From the human T2T-CHM13v2.0 reference genome, Homo sapiens, in assembly GCF_009914755.1 (NCBI RefSeq), contig NC_060932.1: a stretch of 64,000 bases of DNA; one strand, written 5' to 3'. Positions 11,223-27,209 of this stretch are shown in pieces. The notes under the pieces were generated by a model. The model did no database searches and was not told where the DNA came from. It saw only the letters and a list, made by a program, of their open reading frames with translations. The position numbers and the translations under genes were made by a program. Numbering within the stretch: position 1 is the first letter of the stretch; each line of letters begins with the position of its first letter.

Positions 11223-11699
11223 TCTTAACTTCCCTTTTCACCTGGCATACTCTCCCGCTTCTTCGTCGTCTTCATTCAGCTCTCAAATTTTATTGTCCTG
11301 TCTTTATGACTCAAAAGTTGAAAGAATATTAGAAAGTTTAGTTTGTAGAGTCTCCCCTCTACCCTGTAACTATTCAACCTCATTCTAGACTAACCTACCA
11401 GACCCCTGTCCTGCCAGGGTTAACTCTTTACTTGCTGGGCCATGGTGCAGACAGGTATCTTGGGATGAGAGCACAGGAGGAGAGAACTCACGGAATCAGG
11501 GAGTGGACATTTACCCACCAGAAGTATTTCTGTACTTTAACCAATACAACTTTATTATTGGGTAGGGGCTGAATATTGATGTTACCTATAAATAACCACT
11601 TACTTTAATTTCTTATGTATTATTCCAGTGCTGTTTTATGCAAATACAAACACCAAAGATAGTTTATTATGTGCTCTCTTCAGCACCTTGCTTTTTTTT

Positions 11700-14222
<2,523 letters not shown>

Positions 14223-15745
14223 GGCATATGCTTAAATCCAACATTTGTGCTCATAACCTCACCTTTGCACTCATGATCTTTAAGCACTTACTATTCAGAA
14301 TTAAAGTCAGTAGTCTGTATGCTCTATGACATTAATATAAAATTTACATATGACGTTAATATAAAAGTTCATTTTATGACACTTGTGGCTTAATTAATAT
14401 GCTTTTCTCTCTTACTTGTGAGCAACGCAAGTGTAGAGACTCCCTCCATCATTCATCATATCCTTGGTGTTTAGCACAGTGCCTTACACGTGATGGTGCT
14501 CAATGAAACTTTCATGGATAACAAAGAAGGGCTTCCAAACAATGAAACTGAATGTATCTTCTCCACCAAAAGAAGAAAATAATCTTCTAGAATTCTGTAA
14601 TCTGTCAGTGTTCTGAGTAGCTGTTTTCTGTAATTTTACTCTTACCTCTCCAGGGGTTGCATTTCCTTTCAGCATGTATATATACACATTCTTTTCCTCA
14701 GTGGCAAATTAGCGTAAAGCTTTTTAATAAGAGATCCTTCCAGGAAGTATGCATTTTTCACTTTAAACAATTAACATAAAAATATATTTCTAGGCAATAC
14801 ACAGTTTCAAGTAGAAAGTTATCTATTATTAATTTTAGACATATTTGATGACTATCTGAAATTTTGAAATGGGATAAAAATTCTTAACGCTCAAACTTAA
14901 TATATGTTTTTTGCCCTTGAATATATTCAAAGGGGGTTGGATATCTTTTCTCCAAATACTCTATAGTTACACCCATGAGATTCTAATACAGGTGAAATAG
15001 AAAGCTCATCAGATGAGGTGCTAAGAAGCCACATATTTTCCTAATTGTTGCCACAACACTAAAAATGTGTCTAGCCACTTAGTACATAATTATACAAATG
15101 TATAATTTATATGATTATAATATATACATAATAGAAATATTTATTTCATGTTTTGTACTCTAGGTTTATCATCAAATAGACTAAAATTCTGTGCCTAAAA
15201 ACAAATCTGTTTATTGAACAGCATTATAGTAATGAAACTCTTGAGATAGAAGTGGTGATGCCAGACTGAGAGAAAAGTCAGCTCAATCCTGAACATCTGA
15301 GTCATTCAAATTCCAGCCTCAGAACTGTTTAGGAATGTCTGGGACCCAGCTTAGAATACCTCCAATTTTAAACATGTTAGTTTATTTCATGATGAAGCCT
15401 AGTATAATAACTTAGCTCATTCTGCAGCAGCATAGTAAACAGGTTGAAAAGAAGTAGGGATTGGGAGTAGGTGTGAGCTCTCCCTCAATTTTGCCTAAAA
15501 GTGACAGATGAGAAATAAATACACAAATAGTCAATTTGAGAAACACAAAATGAAAACATAGTTGAATTTCTGTTCTTAGTTGATAATTACCCTTTGGAAT
15601 AGAGAATTCAGAAATTTTCCAACTGGCAGTCAACTCAAATTACAGCGAAAATTGCAAACTTACATCAAAGTGTCTTATGCAATCATAAGCCCTGATTTTG
15701 ATGAGCCCACTGTTTGTCGAGGTATTAAACATTTAGGAGAAAATT

Positions 15746-16131
15746 TGTTGTAGTCATCCCACTCAAAATTTGCTCTGGATGTCAGGACTAATGGTGCCAC
15801 ATATGCACTGAGAGAGTATGAAGGTTTATTTACTTACGTAATGAGGGTTAGGAGGGGGGTACGAGAGGCAGTCTTTCAAGCAGATCTGAAAATGGCTTGA
15901 AGGTGAGGAAAGAGACTAGCATGGCTTTTATTATAATTAGGGGGTGGGGCCGAGGGGAGGATTCCCACATCTGGGCTGGGGCTTGGATATTTTGAATGTC
16001 CTGCCACACCAACCTTAAGGGAGCATATGGGCTTTCTTATCAGCTAGCACAGATATGGGGCAGAAGAGTGGGGCTTGAAAGCCTTCAGCTGTTAAACATA
16101 AAAAAAAAATGCAGTCCTAATTTTTATTACA
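15746..16131 (-). mobile_element. ERVL-class LTR (LTR47-like)
   Basis: On the - strand begins TGTAATA and ends ACAACA; homologous to 21340-21672 (shared gctttcttatcagct, gtatgaa(a)ggttta, aaaatg(c/g)agtc...tattaca); family name from memory. Confidence 0.7.
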
Positions 16132-18826
16132 ATTTATCCCTGTTGCTTGACTGATGACTGAAATACATCATGTTTCATTTAATTAAATTTTAGCTTCAGT
16201 GTACCATAATAGTGCTCTCTCAGGCCTGTCACCTGAAACTGGTAAGGGCAGTGAAAGTTCACTGAACACCTTGTTTGAGAGCCCAGCATTGTGTATTTTG
16301 AGAAGTAAAATGAGTGCCTTGGTCATTATGAACAATATCTGGAATTCTGAAGGGTATAAAGGAAGGCTTTGTATTGTGGCTTTAGTATGCACTGAGACAT
16401 GTGTAACCTTAACATATTTTGAGTATCTGTGTGGCAAGAGAGTCCCACAGTTATTTTCCTCAAAGGAGCAAATCTTGGATAACTAGTTGTTGCTACCATT
16501 GGCAGAACTAGAGGGCTAGACCACTGGCAATGGCCTGTAAAAGTGCATAGATGGAGCCAATTGTTGCCCAAATTGAGTGCCTAAAGTTCAGCTAAATATA
16601 CTGGCCCTTAGATCACACTCTTTATCAGAATGTCTGGATTAAGGGATGAAAAGCAGCACCTCCTCAGTAAGACACATCATGTATAGTTTTAATACTCTAC
16701 ATAAAGTGTAATAACCCGCATTGCTGTTCATTCATTAAATCCCAAGGGATTCCCAGGTAGTTAAGGGGTTTGAAGGTTTGAGAAGAGATTGCTAAAGCCT
16801 CTACAGTGAAGGATTTTTCTGGGGCGCGGAGAAGGATCACCAATGGGAGTGCCTATTGTATTGCAATTTGACCAGATTCTAGAGTTCTTTGGTTGAGAGG
16901 ACACAATTCCAGAAGGAACAATTTGCAACAGCATAAATAGGCATCAGTAAAATTTATAATGAGAATGTAAACATCGAAATATATAAAAAATGTAAACATA
17001 GAAATATGTTGCCTCCAGATCCTGAAAAGTTGTAAAAGTTGAGCTTCTTTTAACATTGTGGGTTCTGAGAGAGTCGATTGCTATTTCTTACAGATAGAGA
17101 AGTCTTCAGCTTACCCAATAATTTTCACAAATTTAACTGGTGTGCAGGGCCTTGTCCTGTGTGCAGAGAAATGCCTATCTTCTTTTTGGGAGCATTTGCG
17201 TGTCCTCAGTGAGTGTGTCAAATGAATCTCCCCAGAGTAGGGTATGATCAGTACAATGCTGTGTCTGTGCTGCTGGAGAAAGTTGGACGTGGTTAAAGCC
17301 TAGGCTGCAAGGACTGTGTGCAAGGATAGAGTTGTGCAAGTGCCCTACGAGTAGCTTGGTAAAGACATATTGTGTCCCTTTGAAGGTTAAGGCCAAGCGT
17401 GGCTGTTGAAAATGGCACTGAACAGAGGAACATATTAGTAATATCTCTGACTGCAAAGTGCTTACCGAGGAACATATTAGTAATATCTCTGACTGTGAAG
17501 TGCTTACTGCTTGCTGATTGGACATAATCTACTGACTCTGTGTTGGGCTTAGGGGCCTTCACAGGTGAGACGATGGCGTTAAGGTTGTGGTAATCCACCA
17601 TGGGGCACCATTAATTCTTTCTACATTTAAGAACAGTCCAAACTGGGCTGTTACTGGAGAAACAGTGGGGATAAACATCTTCCGATATTGGACTTTATAA
17701 TAGGTTTCACTCCTCAAAGACTGTGCTTTAATTTATATCAATTTGTATTAAGTATTTTAGCTGGACAGTAGGGAGGGAGGTCTATAGAGCTGCAACTTAC
17801 CAAGCCTATTTTACATGACAAGGACTCCATCTAATTACAGCTTATTATGCGATGGGTCAGTGTCCGTGTCCACAGAACATGTTTTAGAGTAATGGGTTAT
17901 ATGATTATGAAGAATTTAGGTAATGTATTTTTTGCAGTGGTTATGGTGAGGCAGTTCTCTTTTATGTTCAATAATTCTCTTCAGATTTTACGTATATCTT
18001 GGTTAAATTTAATGGGATTCTTGAGTATAACTGTAATTTGAATTCAGTATTAATTAGTGTCATAAAATTTTGCCAATTGTTCCATCTCAGTACATGCTAA
18101 ATTAATTTAGAACCTACATTGTATAGGGGAAAACAAATACTTTTATGTTTTTGTTATATAAATTATACGAATAAATTTTTCATTCCTGATTGAGTCAAAT
18201 TATGCCCACTGTTTTGGGCTTTTGTTTCCTCCTTGGTATCTAGGATTTATATATGTGTGTATTTGGTTATAGGATATAATTTGTTGGGAGAGAGTTATGT
18301 TTTCCCTGCTCATATTTTTAAGCTTCTTCCTGTTGGAGAGTCTCAAATTATTATCTTTAAGGTTAGGGGCTTCACCCATGACAATTGTTGCTTTATTGGA
18401 TTTAAGGAAGCCAGTTGATTAAAATTAAGTCCTTGGATGTGCCACAGGAGGTGGGGACATAAGGGTGGAAGCATGAATGTTTATTCCTGTAACACTGAGG
18501 ATCAGGTTCTATAGAAATAAAAAAAAAAAAGTGTAATTCCTACTCTCACACACTCAACAATTTGTTTTTTAAAAATTAGGTTGCATTTCTCTGTGCGTCC
18601 AGTGAACCAACTCCCTGGGAGTTGGCTCCTTTCCTCAAATTCACTGGTCACTTTGACCTTCAGTAACTCAGCACAGCTGCTGCTCCGTACCAAGGATGAC
18701 CACATGGCCACCCAGGAATCAATGACTTCTCCTTTCTCTAATCAAAGGCTATCCTTTTTCATCCCCAGCCACATGTTTCAGTGAGTCACAGCCATTCCAG
18801 CAAATCTCACTTCACTGACACCAATT
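16132..18826 (-). mobile_element. Class III (ERVL-type, probably MER21-int) internal remnant: gag, protease, RT, RNase H
   Basis: RT motifs MVDYHNLNAIVSP, VRDITNMFLCSVPF, LALTFKGTQYVFTKLLVGHLHNS; RNase H-like AIASGLAL and VTHVSVH; protease-like LINT..QITVI near 18025-18062; gag-like PGWPCGHPWYGAAAVL near 18670-18720; PBS-like gaattggtgtcagtgaagtgagatt directly after the MER21 LTR; many stops and frameshifts. Confidence 0.85.
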
Positions 18827-19752
18827 CTGAAGGAAAAAACAAACTGTGTTTTCGTACTCTCTTACACAGTCACTCAACATTTATGACACCATATGTGTGG
18901 GGTTTTCCCTGCTACACCAAGCAATTCTGCAGTGGATACAAACTGGGTGTCCTAGAATTCATTCAGTTCTGACATATCTACCTGGAGTTTAAGTCAGATC
19001 CCACAGGTTAAGAGCTCAGTCCTACAAGGCTGCCCCCACTGCAGATTCCTATAGCAGGTAATATTAACAGGTTGTCATCTACACTTCTGACTGACCTGCT
19101 ATAAATCCAGGGTTCCCAGGACCCTCTCCTCAGGTTCAATTAATTTGTTAGAGCAGCTCACAGAGCTTAGAGAAACACATTTGCTGGTTTATTATAAAGG
19201 ATATTACAAAAGAAACAGATGAAGAGATGCACAGGGCAAGGTGTGGGGGAAGGAGTGTGGAGCTTCCATGCCCTCTCCAGGTGTCCCACCCTCCAGGTAC
19301 CCCCATGTGTTCAACAACCCAGAAGCCCTCCAAACCCTGTCCTTTAGGTTTTCTGTGGAGACTTCATCACGTAGGCATGATTAAGTAAATCTATGGCCAT
19401 TGCTGACTGACTCAACCTTCCGCCCTACTCCCCTCCCCAGAGGTTGAGGGGGTGGGGCTGAAAGTTCCAACGTTTTATTACAGGTTGGTTCCTCTGGCAA
19501 CCGGCTCCCATTCCGAGGCTATCCAGAAGCCCACAAGCAATCACTGCACTAGAACAAAAGAGACTCCTATTGCCTAGGACATTTTAAGGGATTTAGGAGC
19601 TCTGTGCCAGACTCTCCTATCACTCATTAAATGACAACGGTGTTAGGAGCTTTGTGCCAGAAACCAGGGGTCAAAGAACAAATATTAGAACAAAAGAGTC
19701 TCCTAGCACCGCCGCATAAAAGGTGTAAGGAGCTCTAATTGAGGAACAGGGA

Positions 19753-19793
<41 letters not shown>

Positions 19794-19832
19794 TATCTAC
19801 CTGGACTTAAAGTCAGATACCACAGGTCTGAC

Positions 19833-19890
<58 letters not shown>

Positions 19891-20290
19891 TATATAATAC
19901 ATATTTATATATTATATATTATATATTTAATATATTATATTTTATATTATATATTTAATATATTATATTTTATATTATATATTTAATATATTTTATATTA
20001 TATATTTAATACATTATATTTTATATTATATATTTAATATATCATATTTTATATTATATATTTATTATATTATATTTTATATTATATATTTAATATATCA
20101 TATTTTATATTATATATTTATTATATTATATTTATATTATATATTTAATATATTATATTTTATATTATATATTTAATATATTATATTTTATATTATATAT
20201 TTATAATATATTTAATATATTATAAAAAATATATACACATACATATGTATGTATGTATATTTATATATCTTATTATATCACAATATTAGA
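18827..20290 (-). mobile_element. MER21-family LTR with an internal TA-rich expansion
   Basis: ctgggtgtcctagaattc..ttctgac..tacctggag..tcagatcccacaggttaagagctcagtcc; - strand start resembles tg..atattgtgatataataaga; internal agaacaaaaga/ttaggagct repeats. Confidence 0.8.
19755..20270. repeat. Two (TA)n tracts followed by an AT-only ~28-bp minisatellite
   Basis: (TA)n at 19755-19788 and 19836-19886; unit ~tatattatatatttaatatattatattt repeated about a dozen times. Confidence 0.95.
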
Positions 20291-21672
<1,382 letters not shown>

Positions 21673-21899
21673 AAGTATTTACTAATCTCTCAACTCTTTG
21701 CAAGGAATTAAGACATCTGCATGCCTGGGAGATCTCATTCAGTCAGGGTCAAATTTTATGCCTCACTTTCAGTGTTAGCTCATAATTGCTCTCAGCTAAC
21801 CACACATTTTCTATTTAAATTTCCATTTGTTCAATATCAGTGCACTTTGAATAAACATACATATACAAATGACATCATTCAGAGGAAAAAACGGAACCA

Positions 21900-22420
21900 T
21901 TTGCTTCTAAATAGGTACCTTAAAGTTAGTCTGTCCCAAACAAAACTCTTGCTGTTCCCCCAGTCCTGTCTCTGTTCCAGCCTTCCCCATTTCAGTAAAT
22001 AGAACTAATATCTATCCATTCATTTAGTCAAGGCAACAATCTTGGTACTAAATTTCACTGCTTTTCTTTCTCTGATGTACTATGTCCAATCCAACAGCTA
22101 ACCCTGTATTTTCTTCATCCAAGATTTATCTAATCCAATCCATTTAAAGGTCTTTATATCCACTGTCACCCACCTTATTTCAGGCTTAAACTATTGAATT
22201 ACATGTCTAACTGGTTTTCCTGCTTCTGTTCATCACCCTGTAATCCAGTCTACATAATGAAGGTAGGGTAATCTTTCAAAGATGTGCATCAGATTACTGG
22301 GCAGAATCTATTCTATCGCTTCCCATAGAATAACACCCAACCTCTTTATCAGGCCATGCAAGGTCCTCCGTGATTTGTCCTCTGCCTTCTTCTCTCTCCC
22401 TCGCTTCTCCTCACTCTCTT
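21900..22420 (+). mobile_element. L2 fragment
   Basis: tgtcccaaacaaaactcttg..cttccccatttcagtaaat..; ctaactggttttcctgcttc; aggtcctccgtgatttgtcctctgcc. Confidence 0.7.
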
Positions 22421-22887
22421 CATGTTTTCGGTTTTGTTTTCCTATCTAAAAAAGACTTACTGTAGTTCATGCAATCTGAAGTCCACGCATCAAAGGCAGC
22501 TAGGAAAAAAAATTTAATGCATTTAAAAAATTTTAGAAAAACTCTGTGTGTGAGTGTGTGTGTGGGTGTGTGAAGAGGGTAGGATGGATACGCAAAGTTC
22601 TAGTCCCATGGGGTCTCTGCAAGAGAAGGGATTGGAGAAAAAACAAAGTCCACTCTCCCTAGAGAATAATAAATTCATCTCTTAAATGCATTTTTTTCTA
22701 TAGCCTCTGGAGGTCATCAAAAAGCGCTTCTAAGCTCTTTTTCCAACGGTTGGGATATGGTAATGCACATCCCTGCAGAGATTTTCTCTTTTAAGGAACT
22801 GGCAGTGAGAAAAAAGAAAACAAAATGAAACATTTTGCATACACTCTCTTCAAGAAAACACCAGTATACTAATATGGTATAGGTACA

Positions 22888-23326
22888 TGTGATGGTTAAT
22901 ACTAAATGTCAACTTGATTGGATCAAAGGATGCAAAGTATTAATCCTGGGTGTGTCTGTGAGGGTGTTGCCAAAGGAGATTAACATTTGAGTCAGTGGAC
23001 TGGGGAAGGCAGACCCAAACTTAATCTGAATGGGCACCATTTAATCAGCTGCCAGCAAATATAAAGCAGGCAGAAAAATGTGAAAAGGTTAGACTGGCCT
23101 GGGCTCCCAGCCTATATATTTCTCCCATGCCGGATGCTTCCTACCCTTGAACATCAGACTCAAAGTTCATCAATTTTAGAACTCGAACTGCTTCTCCTTG
23201 CTCTTTAGCCTGCAAACGGCCTATTGCGGGATCTTGTGATTGTGTGAGTTAATACTTAATAAACTTCCATATATATATATTTTTTTTCCATTCATTCTGT
23301 CCCTCTAGAGAACCCTGACTAATACA
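22888..23326 (+). mobile_element. MLT2A (HERV-L) solo LTR
   Basis: tgtgatggttaatactaaatgtcaacttgattggat ... ctagagaaccctgactaataca; perfect 5-bp TSD gtaca. Confidence 0.92.
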
Positions 23327-23329
23327 GTA

Positions 23330-23458
23330 CAGGAACTCACAGATTTTGTGGATTCGGTTCTATAATACTTCAGTAATGCTAATATCTCAATAAAGTGAGT
23401 CATACAATTTTTTTTTGCTTCCCAGTGCATATAAAAGTTATGTTTACAATATACTGTG

Positions 23459-23503
<45 letters not shown>

Positions 23504-24212
23504 GTGTAATAGCATTATGTCTAAAACGGTACATACCTTAATTAAAAATACTTTATTGCTGAAAATGCTAATGGTCATCTAAGTCTTCAGTGAGTTGTAA
23601 TCTTTTTGCCGGTGGAGGGTCCTGCCTTGATGTTGATGGCTGCTGACTGATCAGGGTGGTGGTGGCCGAAAGTTGAGGTGTCTGTGACAGTTTTTTAAAA
23701 TAAGACAATAATGAAATTTGCTGCATCAATAGTTGATTCTTCCTTTTATGAAAGATTTCCCTGCAGCATGAGATGCTGTTTGATAGCATTTTACCCAAAG
23801 GGGAACTGTTTTCAAACTTGGAGTCAATTCTCTCAAACTGTGCAGCTGTTTATCAACTAAGTTTATGGAATATTCCAAATCCATTGGTGTCATCACAACA
23901 ATTTTCACAGCATCTTCATCAGGAGTAGATTTCATCTCAAGAAGCCGCTTTCTTTGCTCATCCATAAGAAGCAACTCTCTGTTGGTTCAGGTTTTCTCAC
24001 AAGATTGCAGCAAGTCAATCACATCCTCAGATTCCACTTATAATTCTAGTTCTCTTGCTATTTCTATCATATCTGCGACAACTTCCTGTACTGAAGTCTT
24101 AAACCCCTCAAAGTAATCCAGGAGGGTTGGAATCAACTTTCTCCAATAGGTAAAAAAATGCAATATAAGTTAGGCACAATAAAGTGAAGCACTATAAAAC
24201 AAGGTATGCTTT
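23330..24212 (-). mobile_element. Internally deleted Tigger1 DNA transposon
   Basis: Both ends recognisable (cccagtgcatataaaagttatgtttac near the left end; aataaagtgaagcactataaaacaaggtatgc at the right end); transposase C-terminal remnants LLLMDEQRK and [19 protein letters not shown]; ~0.9 kb versus ~2.4 kb full length. Confidence 0.88.
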
Positions 24213-24319
24213 TATTTAATATTTTCATGTCAGAGGATTGACAACAAAGACAAACCTATTAATTCTTTAGCGAAATATCGATTAAAAAAGAAGCAACACT
24301 ATTGCATCTTTCTGTTAGA

Positions 24320-25175
24320 GAGTCGGTGTCTCTGAGTTCAATGTCTTTGGAGATGGAGACTGTGCTCAATGCCTGAGGCTGCGTGGTGAAAATTGTCTTG
24401 AGTGTCCTTGGCTTTTTCAGTACAGGCTCTCAGTAACCACCCTCCCGAGGAGCTTGCCCTGGCAAAACTGGCTGGCTTATTGGATAAACATGCACTGGAT
24501 GACATCCTGGACAGCTATCATGGTCACTCACAGGGTCCAAGAGAGCTGCCGTTCATCTAGGAGCTGGCTGAACGATTGCTGTTCTGGTTGGATTTCTGTC
24601 TGTATGTTCTGTTGAGCACTGGTAGAAAGTGTCTGAGTGCCTGATACCAGCAGGGATAAGCAGGTGTCTTGCTTCAGCAGGTTCTTTGCTTTGTTGGTAC
24701 TGTTCTATTGCATCAGCTGCATGTTCTGTCCTGGGCCATTCTGGGTCTGCTGGATTTGCTCCTGTGGCTGGATCTAGACAGTGCGAACTGCTGAACTTAC
24801 CCAACCTGCAGCTTCCCTGTTTGGCTCTTCTGAGGCTGCACTGTAAAGATCTGCCTGAGCCGGATGGTGGTCATGGAGCTGGTGGTCTGCTAGTTTTGCT
24901 GCTGCCTGTGGGCCTGGACAGGGGTGGGCTACTGAACCAGGGTGAAATAGTACTGGATGGACTCAGTGGGAAGCCCAGATTGGTGCAGCTGCTCCTCATC
25001 TATGGCAGTGTTGATCATTTCTTGGAGAGTATCAATGAAAAAGTTATACTGACCACATTTTGTAATTGTCATGATGATATCATTTGACTGTAGAATTTGG
25101 CACTTGTTTTCCTCTGAGACATTCTGGGATATGTACCGGGCACAATAAAAACACATTGCAAAACAGCATGGAACA
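24320..25175 (-). pseudogene. Ancient processed pseudogene of NFYC (NF-Y gamma), 5'-truncated
   Basis: Conceptual translation SEENKCQILQSNDIIMTITKCGQYNFFID..EEQLHQSGLPTESIQYYFTLVQ*PTPVQAHRQQQN*QTTSSMTTI..QTLSTSAQQNIQTEIQPEQQSFSQLLDERQL..VTM..QD...MFIQ parallels NFYC [120 protein letters not shown]; no introns; stop equivalent at 24430-24432 followed by NFYC-like 3' UTR (gccaaggacactcaagacaatttt). Confidence 0.92.
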
Positions 25176-25862
25176 AAGATTTACCCTTCAAGCTGGTAGA
25201 AGTCATGCTTTATGGGTGCAAGATTCCTGATGAGAGAACTACAATGATTGCAGGTATATATACCATAGCTTAGCTGGAGTGCAGAGGTAGGCACATTGAG
25301 ATGTGATGAGGGAATATTCCGAAGGGCAACTTTCGCTCAAAAACTTTTCGCTGGTTCAACAGAAACTTTCTTGGAACTGTGCACACACCCAGGCTCTTCC
25401 TACCCAATCCTCCCTTTTCTTTCTCCCGCAATAGGTCTCAAAACCACATTATAATCTGAAACCTTTCCCCACTGTCTATTATTTTCCTCCCCTCTTAATA
25501 AATCTCTTACACCTCTAATCCCATTTTAGCTTCTGCATTTTGGTGTACCCAAACTATGCAGTATACTCTGTAAAATAATTCATTTATTCACTCAATAAAG
25601 ATTCTTGAGGAACTCCTGGAACTCTAAATACTAGGAATTTAAGTACTAAGATGTGGCACTGCCTTCAATGAACTTAGCATTTTCTTAGATCACAAAAAAT
25701 TTTTAACAAATATGTGTAATACAATGTGGTCAATATAGTAGCAAAAATATTGTGCATATAATCAGAGATCTTGGCAGGTATAGGAAAATTTATTCAAGAC
25801 AAGGTGACCCCTGAGCAAAGTCTTCATGGATGTGTTTCTGGAACATAAAGAATGAAGAAATA

Positions 25863-26000
25863 GGCCTAGCATGGTGGCTTACACCTGTAATCCCAGCACT
25901 TTGAGAGGCTGAGGCCAAAGGATTGCTTGATGCTAGAAGATCAAGACCAGACTAGGAAACATAGCAAGACTCTCATCTCTATAAAAAATTTAAAAAAAAA
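25863..26000 (+). mobile_element. FLAM (free left Alu monomer)
   Basis: ggcctagcatggtggcttacacctgtaatcccagcactttg.. single arm plus A tail; TSD aagaatgaagaaat. Confidence 0.9.
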
Positions 26001-26093
26001 GAATGAAGAAATTAAAAACAGATACATGGCTATAGAACAAACCACAGGGTAGCAGCCCTATAAGCTTAAGTTGTACTTTGTAATTTGTAAAGG

Positions 26094-26515
26094 TGCATTA
26101 GTTTGCTAGGGCTGCTGTAACAAAGTGCCACCAACTGGATGTCAAAACAACATACGTGTATTGTCTCTGAGTTCCGAAGGCTGGAAGTCCGAAATTGAGG
26201 TATCACCAGGGTTTGTTCCTTGTGAGGGCTGTGAGGGAGAATCTGTTCCATGCCTCTCTTCTAGTTTCTGGTGGTTTGCTGAAAATTTTTGGTGTTCCTT
26301 GGCTTGTAGGAACATCACCCTGATTTCTTCTTTCACATTCATATTTTATTCTACCCATGCTCATATCCCTATCCAAATTTTCCCTCTTCATAGGGACACT
26401 GGGTGTATTAAAGAACTTGATTACCATTGTAAACATCTTGTCTCCAAATACAGTCACATTCTGAAGTACTTTTTCAGTGTATTAATTTTGGAGGGATATA
26501 ATTCAAACTGTAATA
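26094..26515 (-). mobile_element. MaLR LTR (MLT1C-like)
   Basis: tgcattagtttgctagggctgctgtaacaaagtgccacc ... ggctgtgagggagaatctgttccatgcctctct. Confidence 0.85.
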
Positions 26516-26609
26516 GAGAGGGAGGATAAAGCAGAGAAATATAATGCTTAGCCTTTCATTTTTAGTGAAATCATTGTAGAGTTATAGCTGAAAATAGACA
26601 TTCAAGGGA

Positions 26610-26785
26610 ATGATTCTCAACCATGGCTGCACATTATAATTATCTTGGAAGTTTGAAAATATACTGATGACCAGGCCCTACTCATGGGCTCTCTCTGCTA
26701 ATTGTCCTAGGATAGAGATCTTGGCAGTATTGTTGTATAAAAGCTTCTCAAGTGATTCTAATATGCAGCTGCATTTATGATGACT
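26610..26785. mobile_element. MER5A-like hAT-Charlie fossil
   Basis: tgattctcaaccatggctgcacatta ... aagcttctcaagtgattctaatatgcagc. Confidence 0.7.
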
Positions 26786-27169
26786 GTTTTAAGGTGGTAA
26801 GGCTTGAGGCAGGAAGGGCAATTTGGATATGGTTTCATTAACCAAGACAGAGAGAATGAGGCTCTGAAACTTGGCCACCAGTAGTAGGAAAGAAGAAGAG
26901 GAGATAGATGATTTCTAGAAACAGGAAGTAAATCAGTAAGACTTGATGACCGATTGAACAGTAGAGGGGAGTAGGGAAGAGTCAAAGATGGCTCATACGT
27001 TCTCATTATGTACATGCTGGTGTCATCAGCAGATGTTAAAGATATAAGAAATGTGTTCTCATGGGGGAGAGCATAGTAATTTCTTTTGGTAGATAGGTTA
27101 GTAACTGAATGAATTGAGTTTTTTTAATTAGACTTTTTTAAATATTTAGAGAATAATGCAGATGCACAT

Positions 27170-27170
<1 letters not shown>

Positions 27171-27209
<39 letters not shown>

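Noticed and set aside
14325-14382. Short tatgac(a/g)ttaatataaaa repeat; also a 21-bp repeat at ~10169-10204
   Set aside because: Ordinary small slippage duplications with nothing to suggest function
24629-25087. 152-aa + strand ORF
   Set aside because: Antisense shadow of the CAG-rich NFYC pseudogene (CAG read as CTG gives the Leu-rich sequence); GTG start
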